From a virus (lineage: Duplodnaviria; Heunggongvirae; Uroviricota; Caudoviricetes): a DNA stretch of 32,863 bases. The DNA lies in the IMG/VR virus record IMGVR_UViG_2700989508_000029; one strand, given 5' to 3'. The notes under the pieces were generated by a model, which saw only the letters and a list, made by a program, of their open reading frames with translations, ran no database searches and was not told the DNA's origin. This document shows, one piece after another, positions 16,122 through 24,935 of the stretch; position 1 is the first letter of the stretch; each line of letters starts with the position of its first letter. The translations under genes and the position numbers were made by a program.

Positions 16122-16736
16122 GTGAGCAGAAAAGATACTAAAGAATTGCTAACTATCTGCATGGTGTACTTTTCAATTTATTTTTGTGCATACATGATAG
16201 TCCCAGATGAGTTTGAACATGGCAGTATTATTTATTCCATAACATTCTATTTTTTAGAGCTAACACCAATTTTGGCTATCCTTTTGGCAATACATATTTA
16301 TTTTTCCTTAAAAAAAGAATCGACTAATTGGGAGAAGGTATGGAGAGACAGAGGATTTCTAACATCACCTAAAGATGATGCATATGAGAGTGATTTTTCT
16401 GACTTTATAACAAACTACTACTCCAGCGAACAATTCAAAAATAGACTGTCTGATGTTTGGGAAACAGCAATGTATTCCATAGGGATTATATTATTGATAC
16501 TTACTGGTATTGCTCAATATGTTTTTAACATTGACTTATCATTAAATCCTGAAAATTTAATATCGCCATTGATTTTTGGTGAGATATTGATCTTCTCATT
16601 CGGAATTTTCTTGAGTGTTGTTCTCTGCTCATTATGCAAACTACTGACTAACAGGTATCCAGGTGAAGCAAGGAGAGCAAGAAAGGCAAATCCATATTAT
16701 CTTTTATTTCCTAATGGAGACAGCAGAGATATCTAA
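16122..16736 (+). CDS. AT-rich 4-TM membrane protein (204 aa) at the position SieA occupies in P22
   Basis: GTG start with a strong SD (AAGGGGG). There are four hydrophobic helices. The gene converges on the end of the gp16-like gene. Confidence 0.6.
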   Translation: MSRKDTKELLTICMVYFSIYFCAYMIVPDEFEHGSIIYSITFYFLELTPILAILLAIHIYFSLKKESTNWEKVWRDRGFLTSPKDDAYESDFSDFITNYYSSEQFKNRLSDVWETAMYSIGIILLILTGIAQYVFNIDLSLNPENLISPLIFGEILIFSFGIFLSVVLCSLCKLLTNRYPGEARRARKANPYYLLFPNGDSRDI

Positions 16737-16754
16737 GCCATCCATGGCTACCAG

Positions 16755-18860
16755 TTATTGAGCTTCTTTTTGTGATGCCTGTGCGACTCTGGTGAGCGAT
16801 TGTGTGACCGTACTGATCGCTCTGTCATATGCTGTGCTACCTTTTGGCGTATTTGCCAAACGTAACAAGGCATTTCGTATAACAGGGCTTTCGTATGCCT
16901 TCGCGGCTCCGCCTACGGCACCAGCAGCAGGAACAACAAACGCAGCCGTTTTTAGCATCCCCGCTAATACTGCTGCGTTTATGATGCCACCACCAACTAA
17001 CAATCCATAAAGCTGCTGACCATTTAAGTTTTGAACGTTCGCTTTTGCCGCGTGTCTTGTATCGTTGAGGTATTTAATAACGCCGTCCAGTTCCTTTCCA
17101 TGTACGCCTTTAAAGAAAGTTGCTGATTGCTTCCTGTTCCGGTGTAACGCATTAATAAACTTCTCAACACTGATATTTCCAGACGGATCAGTCGCCTTAT
17201 CTACAGCATTCTGAACTATGGCTGCTCGTGCGTTTTGCCTACCATTGTCATCCAGAAGCCTGTAAAGCTGAGAACGTTCTGATGGGCTTTGGCTAAAAAC
17301 GAGTTTTGTTACATCCTCAGGCGTGGCCTTGCCGCTGGCTATTGCCTTTTGAACGCGCGTTCTTCCCATCATGTCATTGAATTTAGACCATGAGCGATCA
17401 ACCCTTGCCATATTAATGGCTTCGTCTGCTCCAAGATTTTTGGCTACGGCTTTTTTCATATCCGCCGTATATGCCTTGTAGATAATATCGCTGGCTTTCT
17501 GGAGCGTATCTTTATCAACAGTGTCAGATGACGCCATAAACCGCTTTCGAAGATCGGTTCTGTTTTCCCTCGCCAGACGCAGGTCATTTGGTCCGCTGGT
17601 GATATCGTCTTTAAATTGCTGCAAGACTTTTACCGCGGCTCTATCCTGAGATTTACCCGGGCGGCTTAACACAGCAATCTGATTGTCGATAGCTTTTACC
17701 GTGTTTGAGAGATCGACAGGGGTATCCCCCATAGCGTCAATTATGCGGTTATATCGCTTTCCTGCTGCCTCAATGAATTTTTGTTGCCCTTTAGTCGCAG
17801 ATTCATAAAGCTGTTTATCAGAAATGCCACCCAGACCATCGCTAAATGTTCTGACTAAATTTTCTCGTGCTTGTTGTTGATTCAGCCGATTCTTACCGGT
17901 TCCAAAAAAAGGAACTCTTTCGCCTAATGTCTGAGCCTGACTCTGCATAAAGGTTTTATCTTTCAGCATGTCACTGGTCATTAACGGCAGATTTCTTTCC
18001 GATGCAAAGTCGACAGCAGCCTTTGCTTCAGGCGACATATCACCACGAACAGCCCTCGAAACCGCACTCGCTGTATTTTCCAGCCCCTTACCAATACCAC
18101 CAATGCCAGCAGAAATTACCGTTTGTAACGGATCAATATCTTCTCCACCAGCAAGGCTAGTGGCTCCCTGTAGTGCTAAATCTGTAGCTGCTGATTTTCC
18201 TATGGCACCAAGCACCGTTCCAGCCCTGCCCGCTGGTGTAAACGCCAGCGCATTAGCCAGAAACGATGCCACGTCTTGCGGCGATAAACCCGGCTTGTTC
18301 AGAGCATAATCACCGGATGGCAGGGAAACGATAGTGTTACCCTTCTCATCCTGCCTTAATTTCGCTCCCATGCTCTGAAGAATCTTTTCCTGAGATGCGT
18401 CAGAGCCGAAAAGTTGAGACCATCGAGCTTTTAGAGCATCCATGCTGAGTGAGGTTAACTCTGGGGCAAGGTCGACATTTTGCAGTCTCTCCATCTCTGG
18501 AGTCATTCGGCTTTCGCCTGTTATAGCATCGCGCATCGCAGCCCCAAGACTGGCTCCCTGTTCTGCTGAACGCTCAAGCCCCTCTCTTTGCTGAGTAGCT
18601 AACTTTGCATACCCTGACGCAAGAGAATTATCAGATGATGTATGTTGAATATTTTGAGTTGCTGATTGGGATCGGTCTATTTCATTCGTTGATGGTAGTG
18701 GATAGGCAGCATAAAAAGCCTGCTTAGCCTGCTCTACACTTTCTCCGGCTTGCGGGGCCACGACTTCATTGAAGTATTGCTCCTGAGCCTGCGCTTTTTG
18801 TTCTGGTGCTAACGCCTGATACTGTGGAGAGGCGATAACATCTTTCCATGCTTTAGCCAT
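16755..18860 (-). CDS. P22 gp16-like DNA ejection/transfer protein (701 aa)
   Basis: It is the third gene of a 225/473/701-aa series, which parallels P22 gp7/gp20/gp16 (about 229/471/609 aa) in order. Its ATG overlaps the upstream stop (TAATG). The N-terminus MAKAWKDVIASPQYQALAPEQKAQAQEQYF is typical of podovirus internal/ejection proteins. Confidence 0.6.
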   Translation of the reverse strand: MAKAWKDVIASPQYQALAPEQKAQAQEQYFNEVVAPQAGESVEQAKQAFYAAYPLPSTNEIDRSQSATQNIQHTSSDNSLASGYAKLATQQREGLERSAEQGASLGAAMRDAITGESRMTPEMERLQNVDLAPELTSLSMDALKARWSQLFGSDASQEKILQSMGAKLRQDEKGNTIVSLPSGDYALNKPGLSPQDVASFLANALAFTPAGRAGTVLGAIGKSAATDLALQGATSLAGGEDIDPLQTVISAGIGGIGKGLENTASAVSRAVRGDMSPEAKAAVDFASERNLPLMTSDMLKDKTFMQSQAQTLGERVPFFGTGKNRLNQQQARENLVRTFSDGLGGISDKQLYESATKGQQKFIEAAGKRYNRIIDAMGDTPVDLSNTVKAIDNQIAVLSRPGKSQDRAAVKVLQQFKDDITSGPNDLRLARENRTDLRKRFMASSDTVDKDTLQKASDIIYKAYTADMKKAVAKNLGADEAINMARVDRSWSKFNDMMGRTRVQKAIASGKATPEDVTKLVFSQSPSERSQLYRLLDDNGRQNARAAIVQNAVDKATDPSGNISVEKFINALHRNRKQSATFFKGVHGKELDGVIKYLNDTRHAAKANVQNLNGQQLYGLLVGGGIINAAVLAGMLKTAAFVVPAAGAVGGAAKAYESPVIRNALLRLANTPKGSTAYDRAISTVTQSLTRVAQASQKEAQ

Positions 18861-20281
18861 TAATCACCCCATAGTGAAGAAAAGTTACTGCTGGCTGCTG
18901 GCTGTGATACCTGCTCAGATTGCGGCAATGTCTGCGACGAAGAAGAAGTTCCTCTGTCAACTGCTGAAATAACCCGCAAAGCATCATAAGCTCGACCAGA
19001 AGCAGCTTTCAGCGAATTGAACTGGTTTTCCATCTTCCGGCGCTTGGTATCAATGGTTTTTGTGGAGTCGCCAGGCTGAGGGAAATACATTTGATAATAT
19101 TTTGACATTTCAGCAGGTACGATGGCTGCCCCTGTTTCCTGACGGAGTATTGCCATTATTGCGTCATTAGCATTAACAACGTATTGCTGTTCTGTTGGGC
19201 TGAGCGTTAAGTTAGCCAGCGTCCCATTACCCAAAGCATTATTAATGATCGCCACTCGCTGTGGGCTAAGCTGGTCTTTCAGTGTATCTATTGAATCAAG
19301 AGCATCCCTAACCCTGTATGCAAATCCAGCAGCTTTTTTAGCCCCTTCTGGCGACTTTTCCATGATCTTTTGGGCTGTTGGCAAAGCTATTGGACGAAAC
19401 CCATCTCCAGATATTGGCTGGTTTAGTTTTCCCTGCTCTTCACTTCCGTCTGTGTAGTATTTTGTGACAGTGCCATCATCGTTTTCTCTAACACTCATTA
19501 ATTTTTTGGCGTTTGTATTAATTCCAGCCGCTGCCGCAAATGCCGCCGCCCCCTCTGGATCCGCCTTTAACATTTGAGCGTACTGATTGTAATTCTGCAT
19601 TGCTGCTGTTGGTGCATATGCTGACGTTAACGCATTTGCTCGGCTAATATCCTGCCCTCTCGCCTGAAGTGCTTCGCCAGCCTGATTGCTGCGGATTGTC
19701 TCTGCCAACTTGCCACGCTCAATATCCCGACCTTCCATTTGATCTTTGATATCGAAATACTTCTCATGACCGAGAGAAAACAGTGCCATACTACCAGCAA
19801 GCCGCTGGAACCCCTGTGGATCATTAACATGCATTTCGGCAACAGACTCAGGAGAAATTCCCAAGCGACGCATTTCATCTTCGTTATCTGCTATGAATTT
19901 TCCAAATGCCCCAGTTCCGAGCGAAGATGCGATTTGAGCACTAGTCGCAAGATGACCAATAGAATTTCTCTGGTCGTCATCAATAAAGCCCATCCCTTTC
20001 TGAACGCTTTCAAATTCTTCTGGATACTCAGAAATAAGACTGCGCATTTTGTTTCTGTCTCCAGACTCAAAAGCCCCGGCATATGCTTTCTGAAACTCTG
20101 CTTTACGCTGTTGTTGACGTGCCTGCTGATTAATCTCAGCAACGCCTCTTAGCCCCTGTAGCGCCATTAAACCTACGTTTGGCTGCTGCTGATACTGCAC
20201 AGGCTGAGGAACGGAAGAACGAGGAGCATTATCATTTTGCGGTGCCATGCTAGGCAGCCCGCCAAGTTGCCATGTCGCCAT
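18860..20281 (-). CDS. P22 gp20-like DNA ejection/transfer protein (473 aa)
   Basis: Size and position fit within the gp7-gp20-gp16 order. It is Q-rich, and both its start and its stop overlap the neighbouring genes. Confidence 0.6.
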   Translation of the reverse strand: MATWQLGGLPSMAPQNDNAPRSSVPQPVQYQQQPNVGLMALQGLRGVAEINQQARQQQRKAEFQKAYAGAFESGDRNKMRSLISEYPEEFESVQKGMGFIDDDQRNSIGHLATSAQIASSLGTGAFGKFIADNEDEMRRLGISPESVAEMHVNDPQGFQRLAGSMALFSLGHEKYFDIKDQMEGRDIERGKLAETIRSNQAGEALQARGQDISRANALTSAYAPTAAMQNYNQYAQMLKADPEGAAAFAAAAGINTNAKKLMSVRENDDGTVTKYYTDGSEEQGKLNQPISGDGFRPIALPTAQKIMEKSPEGAKKAAGFAYRVRDALDSIDTLKDQLSPQRVAIINNALGNGTLANLTLSPTEQQYVVNANDAIMAILRQETGAAIVPAEMSKYYQMYFPQPGDSTKTIDTKRRKMENQFNSLKAASGRAYDALRVISAVDRGTSSSSQTLPQSEQVSQPAASSNFSSLWGD

Positions 20282-20958
20282 TAGAATCCAAGCCCCCCAA
20301 CAAGACCAATAAGCCCACCACCAATAGCGCCGGCCGCAGTTCCTATTCCAGGAACAACGGAACCAAGTTGCGCACCCGCTAAAGCGCCTGATGCTGCCCC
20401 ACCAATACCACGCGCAAGACTGGATGGCTGCTGCGCCTGACCTGCACGAATAGCGCCAAGCCCCTGCAAGAGTTGTCCGGTATTATTGGCGTAGTTTTGC
20501 CCTGCCGTTGCCTGCCCTGATGCCGCATTCATCCCGACATTTAGCAGGTTTCCATAATTTTGCATTTGCCCACTAAGCCAATTGTTATAAAGCATGGGCG
20601 CAATGGAAGATAACTGGTTACTGGTAGCTGTTGAGCCAAGCCCCCCGGTAGCTTCTGCTGAGACAAGGTTCTGATAACGGGCCTGATCTGCCTGTGTTTT
20701 ATATAAACCAGAACCAAAGAAATCATTCGCTGCTTTATTCTGCCCTTCCAGAGTCATCAGTCCTTGTAGTTGTTGTAAAGCAGGCAATCCGACTTCTGCA
20801 TACGGCTTGAGATTATTCATCACCGTATTCCACTGCTCGCGCTGCAAATCAATTGCCTGCTGCTGGGCCTTCGCCTGAGCTTTAGAGGCACCACCATCAC
20901 CGCCTTTTTCGTATACGGCACGATTGAGATGTTTATGAGCTATATGGGTAATTAACAT
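20281..20958 (-). CDS. P22 gp7-like DNA ejection/transfer protein (225 aa)
   Basis: The N-terminus ...RAVYEKGGDGGASKAQAKAQQQA... resembles the P22 gp7 N-terminus I recall (..YPEKGGKGG..). The body is Q/G/N-rich with a Gly-rich hydrophobic C-terminus. Confidence 0.6.
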   Translation of the reverse strand: MLITHIAHKHLNRAVYEKGGDGGASKAQAKAQQQAIDLQREQWNTVMNNLKPYAEVGLPALQQLQGLMTLEGQNKAANDFFGSGLYKTQADQARYQNLVSAEATGGLGSTATSNQLSSIAPMLYNNWLSGQMQNYGNLLNVGMNAASGQATAGQNYANNTGQLLQGLGAIRAGQAQQPSSLARGIGGAASGALAGAQLGSVVPGIGTAAGAIGGGLIGLVGGLGF

Positions 20959-21413
20959 TCGCTGAATTCCTTATATTGTTGCCGAGTTAACTGATAAAGC
21001 GTTACGCCGACGGGTTTACCACATCTGATATAAGCATCATCAAGGTGACCAACACGGGTAGCGCCAAGCAAACGGATAATTGCCCGTCCGTATTTCGTGG
21101 TGTCAGGAACCATAGTGATGCTGTTAAGGAATGGTGAGTTTTCGAGAAGCCATTTGCAGAATAATCGATGTCCTTGCAGTGCATATTCACCACGGAATCC
21201 GGGGTCGTACACCGCATGGCATTCAACAACGCTATGCCAGAAGCTACGCACTTCATGAACGCCAGCCAGCACCAATCCTTCGTAGATGCCGAGATATACC
21301 GCATCAGGCTTGATGTAGTACGTGTGCCCCGGCTCAACAATATTTTCGGTATTGCCTGGCTCGTTAAGAAAGGCCTGTAATCGCACAGGGTTATCAATAA
21401 ATTTTAGTTCCAT
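20952..21413 (-). CDS. P22 gp14-like (DUF2824-type) protein (153 aa)
   Basis: It lies immediately upstream of the gp7-like gene with a 7-nt overlap, and its size matches gp14. The call is by position and size only. Confidence 0.45.
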   Translation of the reverse strand: MELKFIDNPVRLQAFLNEPGNTENIVEPGHTYYIKPDAVYLGIYEGLVLAGVHEVRSFWHSVVECHAVYDPGFRGEYALQGHRLFCKWLLENSPFLNSITMVPDTTKYGRAIIRLLGATRVGHLDDAYIRCGKPVGVTLYQLTRQQYKEFSEC

Positions 21414-21429
21414 GCGATGCCATCCATTT

Positions 21430-21591
21430 TCACATACAGCCTGCCAGCGCCTTATCTATTAACCCTCGTGCAATTTCATGCAGAGTTGGCGCTACTCCAA
21501 TTCCTGATTTTTTACGCTGCTCTTCCTGAATTTTCTTTATCGCTTCCATTTGCTTCTCACTTATCAATACCGGCTTTACTGAAATAGCCAT
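21430..21591 (-). CDS. Unlisted small RHH (Arc/Mnt/CopG-like) protein (53 aa, MAISVKPVLISEKQMEAIKKIQEEQRKKSGIGVAPTLHEIARGLIDKALAGCM)
   Basis: I translated this by hand. A strong SD (AAGGGGG) lies 5 nt before the ATG, and the sequence fits a beta-alpha-alpha pattern. It is the first gene behind the LexA-box promoter. Confidence 0.45.
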   Translation of the reverse strand: MAISVKPVLISEKQMEAIKKIQEEQRKKSGIGVAPTLHEIARGLIDKALAGCM

Positions 21592-21604
21592 AACGCCCCC
21601 TTAG

Positions 21605-21630
21605 AACTGTATAAAACAACAGTTATTATA
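21605..21630 (-). promoter_or_regulatory. TATAAT -10 element abutting a LexA-type SOS box (AACTGT-TGTTTTAT-ACAGTT)
   Basis: The minus strand reads TATAAT-AACTGTTGTTTTATACAGTT. The CTGT-N8-ACAG core is perfect, about 15 nt upstream of the SD of the RHH gene. Confidence 0.5.
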
Positions 21631-21685
21631 GTTTCACAAATCGCAATATTCATCATAGTAATTGCAAAATATGAAACAAATAGCA

Positions 21686-21719
21686 CAAAAAAATGCCACC
21701 GCTCAGTAGCTGGTGGCAT
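21686..21719 (-). terminator. Rho-independent terminator insulating the alpha operon/iteron region from the ejection-protein operon
   Basis: On the minus strand, an ATGCCACC-N11-GGTGGCAT hairpin is followed by T7. Confidence 0.6.
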
Positions 21720-22035
21720 CGTTCTGTGTGTCAGGTTTTGACAGGTTTTTTATGGACTCTAAAAACTATATTTATGGTGTCGCATTACTCTTCACGGCAG
21801 GCGCTTTTCAGTTCTGCCCTTGCTTCTGGCTCCATTGGTAATTTGATTCGCGATCAGCTATGCGGATGGTTTGCTGAACAGGCATAACAACTTCTCAGAG
21901 GCTGTTTTTTGAACTGCGAAAATTTCGTAGTGCTCACTTTCAAAAACGTCACGCCCTTGTACACAGGATTTTACGAAAGTCTCGTAAAACACTCTCTGAT
22001 GCCAGCCAGGTGTTGTGCGCATCAATTCAGTCACA

Positions 22036-22153
22036 TTGTGTTGGTTCAAAATACCGTGTTGTTGGTTCAGTGTTGGTTCAATAAAAAGAATAAAATCCTT
22101 ATAAAACAATACACTTTACAAATTGAACCAACTGAACCAACTGAACCAACACC
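22036..22153. repeat. Iteron module B (crr-like), inverted homolog of 13579-13705, just downstream of the primase-helicase gene
   Basis: GTTGGTTCA is at 22040, 22061 and 22072. TGAACCAAC occurs three times in tandem at 22124-22150. The terminal ~40 bp are the exact reverse complement of 13579-13620. Confidence 0.7.
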
Positions 22154-22175
22154 TTTTCTACGCACATGAAGAAGC

Positions 22176-24935
22176 TCATTCTTCAGATGAGTTATAATCT
22201 CCTGGCTGGTAATTGAGTACATAAACGTTTATTTGTCGTCCCTGAATACGTGGTGATTTTCTTTGGTATCCACGACCGCTGTTTGGTGGGGTTAGCATCC
22301 CGGCTTTTTTCAACACTTCAGCAAACTGTTTTGCGTTGAAACCACATGCGATCTCCTTTTCAAATGTGGCCGGGAATGTGTAGAAAATCATTGGGCTTTC
22401 GTCATGTTCTCCACGCTGACGGTATCCGGCTAAATCTTTGATGGGCAAATCTGCCGGGCTGTATGGAAATGGTGCAAAACGGCTAAGCCCATAGGCATTA
22501 AGAAATGCCTCCGTTTGTTCAATAATCTGCTGATGCTCTTTGTTACCTGTGCCGAACTCGCGCAACCATGCGTTATAGCTGTGCTGTATCGCATCACGGC
22601 ATGTCTGAGCATCCCAGCCTGTTACAACCTCGCCTAACAACAATGCGGCCTCCATAATGGCAAATCGCGCGGCTACACGGTGAACCTGCTCACCATAATC
22701 GGATGGGATCAGGCTTCTCCATCTGCTTTCGCAATCACGAACGGTTTTAATAGCCTGTTGCTGGTGGTGTGCCAGCCATTTAATCCACTCACGCCCGGAC
22801 GCGCCGTGGTGATGCTGGTAAGCGTCTTTCAGTGCGTCTGCGTGCTGTTTTCCGTTCTGGTAATCGTGAAAGCGTACTGCTTTACTCAACGGAATATTCA
22901 GCAGTCGCACCAGTTGCCCGGCTTTGGTTTTTCGCCCGGAAGTAGCGATAAATGTTTCTAAATCCATTTCTCCGGTGCTGATTGCCACTGTACGCCAGCG
23001 TTTTAGATCCCGGTTTCCACCATCTTTAGCGCCTTGCAGTTTCCCTACACCGTTAAATAACGCATAGGCAGACTGTGAAACGCTGACAGGATCAGCGCCC
23101 TGACCAACTTCATCAAGCGGCATTAGTCCGTCATTGTGGGCGGCGGCCTCATTTGCCAGCCCCAGCGCGGTTCCGTACCACGTCAGCCGCAGTAAATCAG
23201 GGTTGCCGTATAAGCTGCTCGCCACGTTTGCCGTGGTGGTCTTACCTGCGCTCGACTGCTCATAGAAATGAATGCCGAACCCGTCAGCGCCCACCAGCCC
23301 AATCAATGGCGCTGCCAGTGCTGCGCCGATCCCGGTCATCATTGAATAGTTACCAAAGGCCAGACGCGCCACGTTATCACGCCAGCTTTTCGCGCTCCCT
23401 GAGACGGTATATCCGGCTGCGGCTGAGCTTCTCCCGCTGAACAGCACAGGATTTTCAGGTGTTCCGATGATTTCCCCATCAGGCATGATGTACGCTCCGC
23501 ATTGCCAGCCAGTGGCATGAGCAACACGCCACAATTCACGAGAGCCACTGCGTTGTAGCCAGTCTGCCAGTATTGCTCTGAGGCTGCTTTTGGTCGTGAC
23601 ATTTACCCCACCAGCTTTAAGTGTGCGCCATCCTTCACGTTCACCAATATCAGCCAGTGGAATGGCAGCGGTTGTCGGCGTTTCAGAACCAAACGACAGC
23701 CAGCGAAGAATGAGATACTGGTCTTTATCGTCTCTGCCAGTACCGATAACGCTTAACGGAGAACATAACCAGCTTTCGTTATTGATGATTTCTCCACTCT
23801 GGCTGTCAGCTCTCGGAGATACCCAATAAATACCATCCTCGCGGCTTTCTATTCTTGGTTTCAGTGGGTCGGTATCCATAACCTTAAAATCGCTTCCCTC
23901 AATGGTCTGTGGCTCCTGTTTCACGCCATTACCCTGTGGTTGGTACATTGACTTATTGAACGCTTCTGTGGCGCATTTAATGCCGTGTTTTTGGTGGTAA
24001 TCATTCCAGTCTGCTTTGTGATCTGTCGGGGGTAATGCCACCCATCCAGAAACAGATAAAGCTGCTTTTTCTGCTGCTATTCTCCCCGTGTTTTGTCTTC
24101 CTTCGCTGTGGTCGTTATCCGCAGCAATGATGATTTGTGCTGAAGGAAATTTATCCCGCAGTACCTGGGCGACATATAACAGGTTCCCGGCATCAATCGC
24201 CGCCACTGTCAGCGCCTCTGGACGAATTAAATGGGCAGATAATGCCGTTGCCAGACCTTCTGCGATTAAGATGCTCTGTGTTGTTTCTGGTGCGTTTATG
24301 GCGTGATATGCCCCCCGCTTTGCTGAACCTGTCAGGAGTCTTTTTTCACCATGTGAGGTAATAGTCTGTGCTGCTGTTACTGCGCCGGATTTATCCACCA
24401 GCGCCAGCAACAGAGATCCATCGGGCAACACGGGGAATGTAAAATCACCTACCCCTTTCGCAACCAGATAATCAGATTTGCCGTTTACAGCCTTTCTGCG
24501 CATGTCATCAAACTGACGGGAAAACGTATCCCGTCTTTGTTGTTCGTCCTTCTCTGCCCTTTTCAGGCGCTCCTGTTCGCGTCGCTGGCGCTCGGTTTCC
24601 AGTTGTTCCCGTTTCTGGCTGGTGGCTTCTGGTGTTTCCGTTGTCCGGTAATCAATACCCAGAACATCAGCGGCAAGAAGCGCCGCCTCTGTTGTGTCGC
24701 AGTTATTTACGCGTTTAATTAAATCCAGCCCATCACCAGCGCCGCACTGATTACAGATGAAGCTACCGCGCCCGTTGTCATCGAACCGGAATCGATCTTT
24801 GCCCCCACATGCAGGGCAGGGAGCATGACGGCGCGGAGAGTCAGGGACATTTATGTTCAGGCAGCCCAGCACATGAGGCCAGTTGTTTTCAGACGCACTG
24901 ATAACCTGACGGATAAGATCAATGTTTCGCATCAC
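22176..24935 (-). CDS. P4 alpha-like primase-helicase (Zn-ribbon + Toprim + DUF927/P-loop), 919 aa
   Basis: Cys4 zinc ribbon: CPACGGKDRFRF...FICNQCG. Toprim motifs: IAEGLATALS and IIIAADNDHSEG. P-loop: EQSSAGKTT. Confidence 0.9.
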   Translation of the reverse strand: MMRNIDLIRQVISASENNWPHVLGCLNINVPDSPRRHAPCPACGGKDRFRFDDNGRGSFICNQCGAGDGLDLIKRVNNCDTTEAALLAADVLGIDYRTTETPEATSQKREQLETERQRREQERLKRAEKDEQQRRDTFSRQFDDMRRKAVNGKSDYLVAKGVGDFTFPVLPDGSLLLALVDKSGAVTAAQTITSHGEKRLLTGSAKRGAYHAINAPETTQSILIAEGLATALSAHLIRPEALTVAAIDAGNLLYVAQVLRDKFPSAQIIIAADNDHSEGRQNTGRIAAEKAALSVSGWVALPPTDHKADWNDYHQKHGIKCATEAFNKSMYQPQGNGVKQEPQTIEGSDFKVMDTDPLKPRIESREDGIYWVSPRADSQSGEIINNESWLCSPLSVIGTGRDDKDQYLILRWLSFGSETPTTAAIPLADIGEREGWRTLKAGGVNVTTKSSLRAILADWLQRSGSRELWRVAHATGWQCGAYIMPDGEIIGTPENPVLFSGRSSAAAGYTVSGSAKSWRDNVARLAFGNYSMMTGIGAALAAPLIGLVGADGFGIHFYEQSSAGKTTTANVASSLYGNPDLLRLTWYGTALGLANEAAAHNDGLMPLDEVGQGADPVSVSQSAYALFNGVGKLQGAKDGGNRDLKRWRTVAISTGEMDLETFIATSGRKTKAGQLVRLLNIPLSKAVRFHDYQNGKQHADALKDAYQHHHGASGREWIKWLAHHQQQAIKTVRDCESRWRSLIPSDYGEQVHRVAARFAIMEAALLLGEVVTGWDAQTCRDAIQHSYNAWLREFGTGNKEHQQIIEQTEAFLNAYGLSRFAPFPYSPADLPIKDLAGYRQRGEHDESPMIFYTFPATFEKEIACGFNAKQFAEVLKKAGMLTPPNSGRGYQRKSPRIQGRQINVYVLNYQPGDYNSSEE

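Noticed and set aside
16792-21397. Alternative-frame ORFs within the ejection-protein genes (for example 16792-17010, 17968-18309, 19245-19457, 19627-20152, 20541-20726, 21002-21397)
   Set aside because: All are nested in or antisense to the long coupled ORFs. Their compositions are typical of off-frame translation of GC-balanced genes.
21858-22109. 83-aa minus-strand ORF over iteron module B, and the 21909-22169 plus-strand ORF
   Set aside because: The minus-strand ORF has a TTG start and no SD. Both simply translate the TGAACCAAC repeats (EPTEPTEPT / LNQQ...), so the region is better explained as protein-binding DNA.
22430-24722. Short ORFs in other frames of the primase-helicase gene
   Set aside because: They are nested in a 919-aa gene with clear Zn-ribbon, Toprim and P-loop motifs.
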